Source: Mucilaginibacter sp. (GTDB taxonomy: Bacteria; Bacteroidota; Bacteroidia; Sphingobacteriales; Sphingobacteriaceae). Taken from it: a stretch of DNA of 64,000 nucleotides. Below the pieces are notes generated by a model, which was not told the DNA's origin, did no database searches, and saw only the letters and a program-made list of their open reading frames with translations. The translations under genes were made by a program, and so were the position numbers. Location: contig JANXTT010000153.1 of assembly GCA_025352225.1 (NCBI GenBank), positions 6,602 to 70,601 of the forward strand, written 5' to 3'. This document shows, piece by piece, positions 1 to 9,539 of this stretch (positions within the stretch are counted from its first letter, which is position 1; each line of letters opens with the position of its first letter).

Positions 1-988
1 GTTCATCAAAAGCACCAATCATGGTAGTTCCCAATTTTAGATGCACAACCTCACCCTTTGAATAGAGTATGGATGGGTTATGCCCGGCGTTTATATAAGC
101 TAGGCGGCGCGTTTCTTCATTGTATTTAGCCAAAAACAAGGTAATGAATTTTTCGCCTTTGGTTATCTTTATAACTATTTGATTAAGCCGCTCAACAAGG
201 GTGGTCAGGTCGGCCTCAACAGTGGCCCAGGCCCGCAAACTCGCTTGAAAGTTAGCCATAAGTAATGCCGCCGATATACCCTTACCTGAAACATCCGCTA
301 CACACCACATAAATTCTTTATCGTTTAAACGAATAAAATCAAAATAATCGCCCCCAATATTTTGATGTGGAAGATACCGGGCTCCAATTTCAACCCCCGT
401 TTCTTTATGTAACTTTACAGGGATCAGCATGTTTTGTACTTCAACTGCCAGCTCCATTTCGCGCTGAAAACGTTCTGCTTCTATCCGCTGCCTAAAAAGC
501 TTTTTATTTTCGAGTGCCACTACAATTACATTCATTAATGTTTGAATGAAATTGAGATCGTTACTGAGCATTTCTTCCGTTGTATTAAACTCTCCAACAA
601 GAGCAAAAGCTAAAAGACGGCTTTTATGGTAGATAGGGATAAAATAATCGTATGACGACAATATGGCATCGCTGCTGGAGGTTAAAGATGCCGGTTGTTT
701 GTATTTATTGAGCCGTGTACATGACTTATGCAGGTCTGCATTCGATTCAAATTTACCACCGTAGCGGGATACGCAAACATAGCTTCCAAACTTTTCTATC
801 ATAAAACGAAGCTTGCCAACGCTCAAATAATTTTTTAAGATAACTTCAAGCATATCGGTTAATACCTGTGTCGAGGTATTCTTGTTGATAGCTCTGGTTA
901 CTTCAAGCAATGAGTTTAACTCAGATTGCCGCTTAAGCAGTAACCTAATTAATTCCTCTTCGTTGTTATTGTTGTTAAAACCTTGCAT
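1..988 (-). CDS. GAF-domain PP2C/SpoIIE-family protein serine phosphatase (C-terminus runs off the left window edge)
   Basis: Absent from the ORF track because it is truncated. The minus-strand frame is open from the ATG at 988-986 to base 1. My translation starts MQGFNNNNNEEELIRLLLKRQSELNSLLEVTRAINK. It runs into a PP2C/SpoIIE core (RYLPHQNIGGDYFDFIRLNDKEFMWCVADVSGKGISAALLMANFQASL ... YINAGHNPSILY). Confidence 0.8.
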   Translation of the reverse strand, partial: MQGFNNNNNEEELIRLLLKRQSELNSLLEVTRAINKNTSTQVLTDMLEVILKNYLSVGKLRFMIEKFGSYVCVSRYGGKFESNADLHKSCTRLNKYKQPASLTSSSDAILSSYDYFIPIYHKSRLLAFALVGEFNTTEEMLSNDLNFIQTLMNVIVVALENKKLFRQRIEAERFQREMELAVEVQNMLIPVKLHKETGVEIGARYLPHQNIGGDYFDFIRLNDKEFMWCVADVSGKGISAALLMANFQASLRAWATVEADLTTLVERLNQIVIKITKGEKFITLFLAKYNEETRRLAYINAGHNPSILYSKGEVVHLKLGTTMIGAFDE

Positions 989-1021
989 TAAAGTTTAAAA
1001 GTATGTGGTGCAAATTACAAA

Positions 1022-2185
1022 CTAAATACGTGTATTTTGTGATTTGATGTCAAAAGCGTCACGCAAACCTATAGTTACCAAATTAAAAGCATATACCATT
1101 AACATAATAGCCAACCCTGGCAATATGGCCAGATACGCGGCGTCCATAATTATATATCCATAATTCTCTTTTATCATACTGCCCCATGTTGGCATTGGCG
1201 GCTGTGCTCCAAAGCCTAAAAAACTCAAACCAGCCTCCAGCAAAATTGCTGAAGCAAAGTTTGACGAAGCCAAAACTAATATAGGCCCTATTATATTAGG
1301 CAATATATGCTGCCTAATTATCCGGTAATTACTAAAACCTAATGCCCGCGATGCTTCTATAAACTCAACTCGTTTTAGGCTCATTACCTGCCCCCTTACC
1401 AAACGCGCTACATCAACCCACATGGATATGCCAACCGCTATAAATATTTGCCATAACCCTTTGCCCAAAGCAAATGATATAGCAATAACCAATAACAACG
1501 CCGGCAATGCCCACAAAACGTTCATTATCCAACTGAGGGCAGCATCTGTTTTACCGCCAAAATATCCGGCAACTGCGCCAATAAAAACGCCTAAAAACAA
1601 ACTTATAATTACAGCTACCAAACCTACCGCTAATGATATACGTGTACCTAAAATTATACGGCTCAATAAATCACGCCCATATACGTCTGTTCCAAACCAA
1701 AACCTTTTAATTACGACCTGATTATCAGTAATTTTATCATAATACTGTTTGCGCACCGCGCCATTAAATACTACACCATCCGCTTTTTTACCAGTAACAA
1801 CTTCAAAAACGTTAAACTTTAATCGCTCGGGTTTATCTTCATCTCCCATATATCCATCAGCATATATAGAGTCTTTATAGAAATGATACCCAATAATGGG
1901 TACGCTTCGGTATATATCAACCTGTCCAAACATTATTTTCTTAAATAGATTTACAGTATCAACCTGCTCACTTTTGTGGATTTTTAACAACATAAATTTA
2001 GCACCGGGCTGTTTAATGCTCAGTTGCAAAAGCATGCTATTTGCCTGCGGAGTAGAGTCGGGCATTATAGTATAAGCCAGCAATGCTATTAAAACCGAAA
2101 ACACAATATAAAAAAAACCCACGAGTGCTAATCTGTTGCACTTAAAGCGTTTCCATAAATTTGTGTAGTAGTTATAATTGGTCAA
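1022..2185 (-). CDS. ABC transporter permease, OppC/DppC type
   Basis: 387-aa ORF. N-terminal TM helix, then a roughly 130-aa extracytoplasmic segment, then a BPD-type permease core with an EAA-like loop (EASRALGFSNYRIIRQHILPN). The only available start is TTG at 2185-2183. Confidence 0.85.
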   Translation of the reverse strand: MTNYNYYTNLWKRFKCNRLALVGFFYIVFSVLIALLAYTIMPDSTPQANSMLLQLSIKQPGAKFMLLKIHKSEQVDTVNLFKKIMFGQVDIYRSVPIIGYHFYKDSIYADGYMGDEDKPERLKFNVFEVVTGKKADGVVFNGAVRKQYYDKITDNQVVIKRFWFGTDVYGRDLLSRIILGTRISLAVGLVAVIISLFLGVFIGAVAGYFGGKTDAALSWIMNVLWALPALLLVIAISFALGKGLWQIFIAVGISMWVDVARLVRGQVMSLKRVEFIEASRALGFSNYRIIRQHILPNIIGPILVLASSNFASAILLEAGLSFLGFGAQPPMPTWGSMIKENYGYIIMDAAYLAILPGLAIMLMVYAFNLVTIGLRDAFDIKSQNTRI

Positions 2186-2411
2186 TTAATTTTATAATTC
2201 CTTTTGGATAAATATCGTTCATTTAAAGCAAAAAACAATATATATTACAATATCACTTATTATTTCAGATATTCAAACCCAACGATCGTAATTGTTTGCA
2301 AATCAATAATTTAATTTTTAATTAAATTACAAATACTTTGCTATTTTTAGTTTAATTGTATACTTGTATTTAATGAGTTCATTTTGCATCTTTAATAAAT
2401 TACCTTTATTT

Positions 2412-5273
2412 ATGAAATTCAATTATCGTTTATCATTTTTCACCTTGTTGGCGGCAGCTTTAACTTCCTACGGAAGCTTTGCACAAGTTAAACCGCAACC
2501 ATCTCCAAAAAGCAAACCTATACCATTAGTTAACCAATTAATGGCCGATAATTTACTACCTATTGATCCGGCTGTAATTATTGGTAAGCTTCCTAATGGC
2601 TTAACTTATTATATCCGTAAAAACACACAACCAAAAAACAGGGCTGAATTGTATCTGGTTAACAAAGTAGGTTCGGTATTAGAAACTGATGCACAACAGG
2701 GCTTGGCTCACTTTACTGAACATATGGCTTTTAATGGTACAAAAGACTTTCCGAAAAACGAATTGGTGAGTTATCTTCAAAAATCGGGTGTTAAATTTGG
2801 TGCCGATTTAAACGCTTATACTTCATTTGACGAAACTGTTTACCAGTTGCCCCTACCTACAGATAGTGTTAAAATATTTGAAAAAGGGTTCACTATTTTG
2901 GCCAACTGGGCAGGTATGGTAAGTTTTGATACTGACCAAATTAATGGCGAGCGTGGTGTTGTTTTAGAAGAACAACGTTTGAGGGGGAAAAATGCCCAAG
3001 AGCGCATTCAACAACAAATATTACCCGTAATTTTAAACAACTCGCGTTATGCGCTGCGGCTGCCTATCGGTAAAGAAGAAATACTGAAAACATTTAAACC
3101 GGAAACTATAAAAAGCTTTTACCGTGATTGGTACCGCCCCGATTTGCAGGCCGTAATTGCTGTTGGCGATTTTGATGTTAAAAAAGTGGAAGAACTTATT
3201 AAGCAAAATTTTTCAACGTTAAAAAACCCGGTTGCAGAAAAAAAACGCATAAAATACAATGTACCACCAAGCTTAGGCACAGCGGTTAAAATTGTTACTG
3301 ATAAAGAATTTCCCTACACCCTGGCAGAAATTATTGTTAAACACCCCGCAAGTACAATAAAAAACCAAACCGATTATTTGCAGAATATGCGAATCAGTCT
3401 TTTTAATAGTATGCTCAATGCAAGGCTTGGCGAATTAACTCAAAAAGCTGACCCTCCATTTTTATATGGAGCAACAAGCTATGGTGGTTTTTTAGCAAAT
3501 TTAGATGCTTTTACTTCTATCGCTGTTGCCAAGCCCGGCGAGCTTGAAAAGGCTGTTAAAGCTGTGGTTGCAGAAACCGAACGTGCCCGCAAATTTGGAT
3601 TTACTGAAACCGAACTTGAACGCGCAAAGGCGTCCGCGCTTACAAATATTGAAAACTCCTGGAAAGAAAAAGACAAAACAAAATCAGTAAACTTTGTGCG
3701 CGAATACCAGCAGCACTTTTTGAAAGGCGAGGCTATACCGGGTATTGATTTTGAATACGACTTTCAAAAAAATCATTTCGATCAGATTAAACTGATTGAG
3801 ATTAATGCGATGGCTGGGAAGTTTATTAATGACCAGAACCGCGACATTATTGTTGAAGGGCCTGAAAAAGAAAAAGATAAATTACCAACACAACAAGCCT
3901 TACTTAGCTGGATAAATACAGCCGGCCAGGGTGTTACCGCTTATGTTGACAATGTAAGTAAAAAACCCTTGTTAGAGAAAGTGCCTGTTGGTACTAAAAT
4001 AATATCAGAACAAAAAGATGCGGCTATTGGCACATCAACCCTTACTTTAGGCAACGGAGTAAAAGTTATATTAAAACCTACCGATTTCAAAAACGATCAA
4101 ATACTAATTAACGGCTATAGCTTTGGCGGCACATCCTTAGCCAGCGATCAGGATTTTACCTCAGCTAAATTTGCGGCAAGTGTAGAAAACAGTAGTGGCG
4201 TTTCCGATATCAATGAAATACAATTAGACAAAATGCTAACCGGCAAAAATGTTTCAATGTCGCCTTACATTAGCGAAATTACACAAGGCGTTAACGGACA
4301 CTCATCACCCAAAGAGCTTGAAACCGCACTGCAGTTATTATATCTATATTACACCCAGCCACGTAAAGATAATGACATTTGGCAATCAACAATAACACAG
4401 ATAAAAGCTTCTTTAGTTAACCGAGGGCTTGATCCTTCCAGTGTTTTTCAGGATACATCAGCAGCTATTTTAAACAGTTATAATTTCAGAAGGATGACAA
4501 CAAGCCTGGCGCAGTTAAATACTGCCAGCCTTGATAAAGCCTACTCGTTTTATAAAGATAGGTTTGCTGATGCAAGTGGTACAACGTTTACCATTGTAGG
4601 TAACTTTGACAATGAAAAAATTAAACCTTTGTTAGAGAAATATCTGGGCGGATTACCCGCACTTAACAGTAATTCTACTTATAAAAACCTGGGCATCCAT
4701 CCACCTGCGGGGCAGGTATCCAAAACTGTATATAAAGGCATCGGCGATAAAAGCACCGTTCAACTGGTATTTAGCGGAGACTACGATTACAACGAGGCCA
4801 ATAATACCCAAATGGATGCTATGGGCGAGATACTTCAAATTAAAATGATTGACAGGTTACGCGAAAAAGAAAGTGGTGTATATGCACCAGGTGTAAGCGC
4901 CCGCTATAGTAAATTACCCGAAGGCCGATATACCATTACCATACGTTTTGGTTGTGCACCAATTAATATTGACAAGTTGGTTAATGCTGCTATGGATGAG
5001 ATCAACAAACTTAGACAAAATGGCGCCGAGCTAACAGATATACAAAAATTTGTTTCGGAGGATAAAAGGGCAACCGAAGTTCAGTTAAGAGAAAACGGTT
5101 TTTGGTCGAGCTACTTAAGCAGTACATCACAAAACCAGGAAAACCCCGACAATATATTAAATTACACAAAAAGGCTGGAGCAAGTTACAGTTCAAAGTAC
5201 TAAAGAAACAGCTAATAAATATTTAAGCGGAACTAATTTGATTAAATTAATATTAGTGCCCGAAAAAAAGTAA
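2412..5273 (+). CDS. M16-family (pitrilysin/insulinase-like) zinc metallopeptidase, secreted
   Basis: HxxEH zinc motif HFTEHMAFNG. About 950 aa, with duplicated M16 active and inactive halves. Signal peptide MKFNYRLSFFTLLAAALTSYGSFAQ follows the ATG at 2412. The ORF opens at TTG 2364. Confidence 0.9.
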   Translation: MKFNYRLSFFTLLAAALTSYGSFAQVKPQPSPKSKPIPLVNQLMADNLLPIDPAVIIGKLPNGLTYYIRKNTQPKNRAELYLVNKVGSVLETDAQQGLAHFTEHMAFNGTKDFPKNELVSYLQKSGVKFGADLNAYTSFDETVYQLPLPTDSVKIFEKGFTILANWAGMVSFDTDQINGERGVVLEEQRLRGKNAQERIQQQILPVILNNSRYALRLPIGKEEILKTFKPETIKSFYRDWYRPDLQAVIAVGDFDVKKVEELIKQNFSTLKNPVAEKKRIKYNVPPSLGTAVKIVTDKEFPYTLAEIIVKHPASTIKNQTDYLQNMRISLFNSMLNARLGELTQKADPPFLYGATSYGGFLANLDAFTSIAVAKPGELEKAVKAVVAETERARKFGFTETELERAKASALTNIENSWKEKDKTKSVNFVREYQQHFLKGEAIPGIDFEYDFQKNHFDQIKLIEINAMAGKFINDQNRDIIVEGPEKEKDKLPTQQALLSWINTAGQGVTAYVDNVSKKPLLEKVPVGTKIISEQKDAAIGTSTLTLGNGVKVILKPTDFKNDQILINGYSFGGTSLASDQDFTSAKFAASVENSSGVSDINEIQLDKMLTGKNVSMSPYISEITQGVNGHSSPKELETALQLLYLYYTQPRKDNDIWQSTITQIKASLVNRGLDPSSVFQDTSAAILNSYNFRRMTTSLAQLNTASLDKAYSFYKDRFADASGTTFTIVGNFDNEKIKPLLEKYLGGLPALNSNSTYKNLGIHPPAGQVSKTVYKGIGDKSTVQLVFSGDYDYNEANNTQMDAMGEILQIKMIDRLREKESGVYAPGVSARYSKLPEGRYTITIRFGCAPINIDKLVNAAMDEINKLRQNGAELTDIQKFVSEDKRATEVQLRENGFWSSYLSSTSQNQENPDNILNYTKRLEQVTVQSTKETANKYLSGTNLIKLILVPEKK

Positions 5274-5286
5274 ATAAGCTTTAAAC

Positions 5287-5321
5287 AAAAAGGGTCTTGC
5301 AAATAACGCGAGACCCTTTTT
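5287..5321. terminator. Bidirectional rho-independent terminator between convergent genes
   Basis: AAAAAGGGTCTTGC-aaataac-GCGAGACCCTTTTT. The stem is 9 bp and G+C-rich, with an A-run on one side and a T-run on the other. It lies between the M16 peptidase stop (5273) and the fucosidase stop (5344). Confidence 0.85.
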
Positions 5322-5343
5322 GTTTATAACAATTTTAGTATCG

Positions 5344-7005
5344 CTATCCGGGGATAACCTTTAACGCATACGCTGGTTGATCAGCAACGTTATCCGGAAG
5401 AGACACCACTAAACCGTCAGTAGTACGGTTAATATTCAAGGGTTGTTTTGTACCTGTTAACTCAACACGGCCAATCTCTTTTTGATAATACTGACTGCCT
5501 GAGGCCATGCTTTTGATTGTGATTTTACCATCAACCGGTTTACCAAGCGCAATAGCATAAACAATATCACCTTTGGCTGTAAATCTAATATCCTGTGCGC
5601 CAAACGGCTTGCCTTTACCTTCGTTAAACCCTTGCGCGCTTAAAGGTGCGGCAGCGGCAATAGCAGGGCCCTCGCCAAATACTTTCCAGGGGCGTGTTCC
5701 AAAAATGCTCTCGCTACTGTTTTTCATCCAAGCACCAATGCCTTCTACAACTGTCCGTTCTAGCTCATCAATGCTGCCGTCGCCCCTTACCGGGATATTA
5801 AGTAGCAAATTACCATTCTTGCTCACCACGTCAGCCAGGGTATGAATAACAGTTTTAGCAGTTTTGTAACGTTTTTGGTTATATATCCGGCGGTCGTAAT
5901 GCCAATCGCCTATGCAAGTATCTGTTTGCCAAACAAAGGGCTCTATCTTATTGCTTTGGCCACGCTCTATATCCCAAACCATGCATTTCTGTTGTTCTTC
6001 GGTTAATATTTTCCCGTTTAATACTGCATTTAATTTTCCGTTATGCCTTTTCATATTTGTATTGTAAAAATGGGCGGCAATTTTTAATCCCACATCACTC
6101 ACCGGCCACAAGGGCAACGCAGTATCATCAAAATAAATCAGATCGGGCTCATATTTATTAATGAGGTCAATTGTTCTGTTCAAAAATTTTTCGCAGTAGG
6201 CAGTACTTGGTGCAAGGGCGCCATTCCCCCAATTCCATTGCGAATTTATTGCAGATGGATTGGCACTATTAGCACTTAAAGCATGTTTTTGCGCATACAA
6301 CTCCTGTGGATCAAAACCATCCCACCATAACCCTTTTCCATCAGCTTTGGTTAAATTACCATCATAAGGCATACCTGCAAACGGCCCGCTTTTATCAGCT
6401 AACTGTGCAGATTCCATCCATCGCCAAGTATGCGCGGCGTGTATGCTAACCCCAAAAGGCAAACCCTGCTTTTTAGCCGCTTTTGCCCAACCCCCAATGA
6501 TATCCTTTTTGGGTCCTATCTGTGTTGAATTCCACGATTGATGCTTACTGTTAAACAGATCAAAGTTATCATGATGATTAGCGAGCGCTACAAAGTACTG
6601 TGCCCCCGCATTTTTATATAAGGATACGATCTCATCGGGATGCCAGTTTTCTGCTTTCCATTGATTAATTACATCCTTAAATCCGAACTTGGACGGATGT
6701 CCATATTTTTCAAGATGGAATTTATATTTTTCAGTCCCTTCCTGATACATACCCCGGGCATACCAGTCGCCATCTTCGGGCTGACATTGCGGGCTCCAAT
6801 GAGCCCACATACCAAATTTGGCATCCTGAAACCATTCAGGTACATGATATTGTTTTAAAGAATCCCACGAGGGCTTAAAAACGCCTGTAGCAACACGCTC
6901 TTCATTATTGATATATTCCTGTATCCTTGCCGCGTTAGCAAATTGGGTTAACCACATGGCAGATGCCGCTCCTGCAATGCCTTTTATAGCTGTTCTTCTC
7001 TTCAT
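5344..7005 (-). CDS. alpha-L-fucosidase (GH29)
   Basis: 553 aa with GH29-type blocks (HWSPQ..., YFVALANHHDNFDLFNSKHQSWNS). N-terminal twin-arginine-like signal MKRRTAIKGIAGAASAMW. Confidence 0.85.
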   Translation of the reverse strand: MKRRTAIKGIAGAASAMWLTQFANAARIQEYINNEERVATGVFKPSWDSLKQYHVPEWFQDAKFGMWAHWSPQCQPEDGDWYARGMYQEGTEKYKFHLEKYGHPSKFGFKDVINQWKAENWHPDEIVSLYKNAGAQYFVALANHHDNFDLFNSKHQSWNSTQIGPKKDIIGGWAKAAKKQGLPFGVSIHAAHTWRWMESAQLADKSGPFAGMPYDGNLTKADGKGLWWDGFDPQELYAQKHALSANSANPSAINSQWNWGNGALAPSTAYCEKFLNRTIDLINKYEPDLIYFDDTALPLWPVSDVGLKIAAHFYNTNMKRHNGKLNAVLNGKILTEEQQKCMVWDIERGQSNKIEPFVWQTDTCIGDWHYDRRIYNQKRYKTAKTVIHTLADVVSKNGNLLLNIPVRGDGSIDELERTVVEGIGAWMKNSSESIFGTRPWKVFGEGPAIAAAAPLSAQGFNEGKGKPFGAQDIRFTAKGDIVYAIALGKPVDGKITIKSMASGSQYYQKEIGRVELTGTKQPLNINRTTDGLVVSLPDNVADQPAYALKVIPG

Positions 7006-7142
7006 TATAGATTAATTGGTTGCATAAATTAAACCATAATATTTAAAATATCAAAAAAACACTTATTAATCAATAAGCTATAATACAACATGTTGCCCTA
7101 TAATTGACCAATTCCTGAATAAATAGTTTACTATTTTGGCAA

Positions 7143-7442
7143 CTAAGCGTAATAACAAATATAGGCAACATCGTTTTCGCAGCTCACATCAAAGGATTGC
7201 TTTTCGCCTATACTAAATTTTTGCTGTGGCTCAAATATCTCCCAGTCACTATTTGGTAGTTTTACTTTTAACTCACCGGAAATGATAACCATTACCTCGG
7301 CGGTACCAGTATTAAATGTATATGCTCCAGGACGCATTACACCAACCGTTGCCTCACCTTTATCGGTTTCAACGCCAAGGCTTTGTACCCGGCCTTCAAA
7401 ATAACTATTGTGCTTAACTTTTTCATCTGAATTATTGCTCAT
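7143..7442 (-). CDS. ppnP: pyrimidine/purine nucleoside phosphorylase PpnP (YaiE/DUF1255 cupin)
   Basis: 99 aa. Collinear with my memory of E. coli YaiE/PpnP (NSYFEGRVQSLG ... GVMRPGAYTFNT ... EVMVIISGELKVKLP ... YICYY). Confidence 0.8.
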   Translation of the reverse strand: MSNNSDEKVKHNSYFEGRVQSLGVETDKGEATVGVMRPGAYTFNTGTAEVMVIISGELKVKLPNSDWEIFEPQQKFSIGEKQSFDVSCENDVAYICYYA

Positions 7443-7512
7443 ATTATTTGGACTTTTAATTTGAAGGCGTGAATTTACTATTTAATGGCGAAAGCAAAAA
7501 TCAACATTCACG

Positions 7513-8088
7513 CTAACCAATGTTTTCGGCAATAAAAATAAAGGGTGTATTAAACTCAATGCTAATAAATCCATCGTTTACGGTTTTATAATTCGTATCA
7601 TTAACTTTTTCAAGCCCCATGGTATGTAAATCTGCCCCCTTACCTAACAATTCAATATGCTCTCCCTGGGGTTTCCATTTATTGAAGCCGCTGGCGATTG
7701 CATAAAATTTTTTGCATTTATAAAATATAACGATGTTAATTTGGGTAACATAGGCGAGATAGTCGTTTAATGATAATTCATCGGCGATGATATTTACCGC
7801 GGGATAATTATTGGCTATCAGGTAATTTAAAGCGAAGTTTATGATACTGTTATTCCCAGCTGGTATATATTTTACATCTGATTGAAAATTTTCGAAAGGA
7901 TCAGCATCACTCACTAAAATATCAATCTTAATACCAAACGCATGTACTATTTCCGCTGTATAACTCGTAACTATCAGTGTAGGGCTCCACTCCAGTAATT
8001 GCCCAAGTAGTTCGTCAGGAAAATTATCCAATCCAAGAATTAACAAGGCGGGTTCCTGCTTTTCGCGAACAATATGATGAGAAGACAT
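7513..8088 (-). CDS. thiamine pyrophosphokinase-like protein (tentative)
   Basis: 191 aa. Its size and N-terminal layout (LLILGLDNFPDELL ... IDILVSDADP) resemble Bacteroidota proteins usually annotated as thiamine pyrophosphokinase. The similarity is weak and recalled from memory only. Confidence 0.4.
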   Translation of the reverse strand: MSSHHIVREKQEPALLILGLDNFPDELLGQLLEWSPTLIVTSYTAEIVHAFGIKIDILVSDADPFENFQSDVKYIPAGNNSIINFALNYLIANNYPAVNIIADELSLNDYLAYVTQINIVIFYKCKKFYAIASGFNKWKPQGEHIELLGKGADLHTMGLEKVNDTNYKTVNDGFISIEFNTPFIFIAENIG

Positions 8089-8100
8089 TCTTTCAGTTAT

Positions 8101-8544
8101 TTATGAGGGCCTGTTAGCTATAAGAGCCTGTGCAATCATATCGGTTACCAGCACATCCAGGCCATGTCCCGATAGGTCTTGGAATTTTTTTTGATACTGG
8201 TCGTCAATACATCCCGGGTTAACCCGGATCAAAGTTTGACCAAATTTAAAGGTATCTGTTTTTAAGCCTAACTCGCCCAGTTTTTCCTCGTCAATATCAA
8301 TTATAACGCCTTTTTCGTTTTTGTCTTTGCCACTAAACTCCACTTCCAGTCCTATTTCGGCAAAGCAAATCCGTACAAAATCACGAATAGTAGTACAAGT
8401 TATAACTGAAGGGTTGCCGATGTGGTTTTTTTCATCCCTCCAATTGTGCAACTCAGATAAATTGGGTAAATAAATAACGCTTTGCAATGTTAATCCAACT
8501 TTAGCAACTTCATTAGTAATATACCGCGTTAAATCATTTTCCAT
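8101..8544 (-). CDS. GDP-mannose 4,6-dehydratase-like C-terminal fragment (N-terminal Rossmann/catalytic half absent; possible gene relic)
   Basis: 147 aa. TRYITNEVAKVGLTLQSVIYLPNLSELHNWRDEKNHI and TIRDFVRICFAEIGLEVEFSGKDKNEKGVIIDI align with my memory of the E. coli Gmd C-terminal half ([70 protein letters not shown]). Only 63 nt separate it from rfbA, so there is no room for the N-terminal half. Confidence 0.5.
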   Translation of the reverse strand: MENDLTRYITNEVAKVGLTLQSVIYLPNLSELHNWRDEKNHIGNPSVITCTTIRDFVRICFAEIGLEVEFSGKDKNEKGVIIDIDEEKLGELGLKTDTFKFGQTLIRVNPGCIDDQYQKKFQDLSGHGLDVLVTDMIAQALIANRPS

Positions 8545-8607
8545 TATATCAACAAATCTATACCTACTTAATCAAAACGTATAGCTAAGCATATTTTCAA
8601 TAAAAAA

Positions 8608-9474
8608 TTATTTCTTTTTTAGCAATTTTAAAAGATATTGGCCATAACCGCTCTTTACTAATGGCGTAGCTATTACTTGCAATTGAAACGCATCAATAAA
8701 GCCCATACGGTAGGCAATTTCTTCAATGCATCCAATCTTCATACCCTGACGTTCTTCAATAACCTGTACAAACTGTCCCGCTTGCATTAACGATGCAAAA
8801 GTGCCTGTATCTAACCATGCCGTACCTCGGCTTAATATACCTACTTTTAATTTGCCTTGTTCAAGATATTCCTTGTTGATATCCGTAATTTCGTACTCCC
8901 CACGCGGAGATGGCTTGATATTTTTTGCGATATCAACCACCGAATTATCATAAAAATATAAACCGGGAACAGCAAAATCAGATTTTGGTTCAATTGGTTT
9001 TTCTTCTATTGAAATCGCCTTATTGTTTTTATCAAACTCAACAACGCCATACCTTTCGGGATCAGAAACCTGGTAGGCAAAAACCATTCCCCCTTCAGGG
9101 TCATTACTAACCTGCAATAAGTGCGACAGACCATCGCCATAAAAAATATTATCACCTAAAATTAACGCCACTTTATCAGTGCCTATAAAATCAGCTCCTA
9201 TAACAAAAGCCTGCGCAAGCCCGTTTGGCTCTGGCTGAACCGCGTATTCAAATTTGCACCCTAAACGTGATCCATCACCAAGTAATTTTTCAAACTGGGG
9301 CAAATCATGCGGAGTAGAAATAATAAGAATCTCTCTAATACCGGCAAGCATCAAAACCGAAAGTGGGTAATAGATCATCGGTTTATCGTAAACCGGCATC
9401 AACTGTTTGCTTACTGCTAATGTTAAGGGGTGTAATCGTGTTCCAGACCCACCTGCAAGTATAATTCCTTTCAA
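8608..9474 (-). CDS. rfbA: glucose-1-phosphate thymidylyltransferase
   Basis: [38 protein letters not shown] is the canonical RfbA/RmlA N-terminus. 288 aa. The start codon is TTG (9474-9472), with an in-frame stop 2 codons upstream. Confidence 0.95.
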   Translation of the reverse strand: MKGIILAGGSGTRLHPLTLAVSKQLMPVYDKPMIYYPLSVLMLAGIREILIISTPHDLPQFEKLLGDGSRLGCKFEYAVQPEPNGLAQAFVIGADFIGTDKVALILGDNIFYGDGLSHLLQVSNDPEGGMVFAYQVSDPERYGVVEFDKNNKAISIEEKPIEPKSDFAVPGLYFYDNSVVDIAKNIKPSPRGEYEITDINKEYLEQGKLKVGILSRGTAWLDTGTFASLMQAGQFVQVIEERQGMKIGCIEEIAYRMGFIDAFQLQVIATPLVKSGYGQYLLKLLKKK

Positions 9475-9539
9475 AGTTATTTAGTTTTAAAGTAAATATT
9501 CTATCAGCACAATATTATAAATAATTATTAACAGTATAC

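Noticed and set aside
2110-2117. Homopolymer runs of 8 nt inside coding regions (2110-2117 in the permease 5-prime end; 25263-25270 and about 25555 in the oxidoreductase), considered as phase-variation switches.
   Set aside because: Runs of 8 A/T are expected by chance in AT-rich DNA and are shorter than typical slipped-strand contingency tracts. No supporting evidence is available from a single sequence.
7062-7077. CTTATT-n4-AATAAG hairpin followed by a U-run on the minus strand downstream of ppnP, considered as a terminator. A similar GCGTGAAT...ATTCACGC pair lies at 7467-7512.
   Set aside because: The first stem is nearly all A-T and only 6 bp. The second has a 31-nt loop and no U-run. 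Both are too weak to call without energy calculations or Term-seq.
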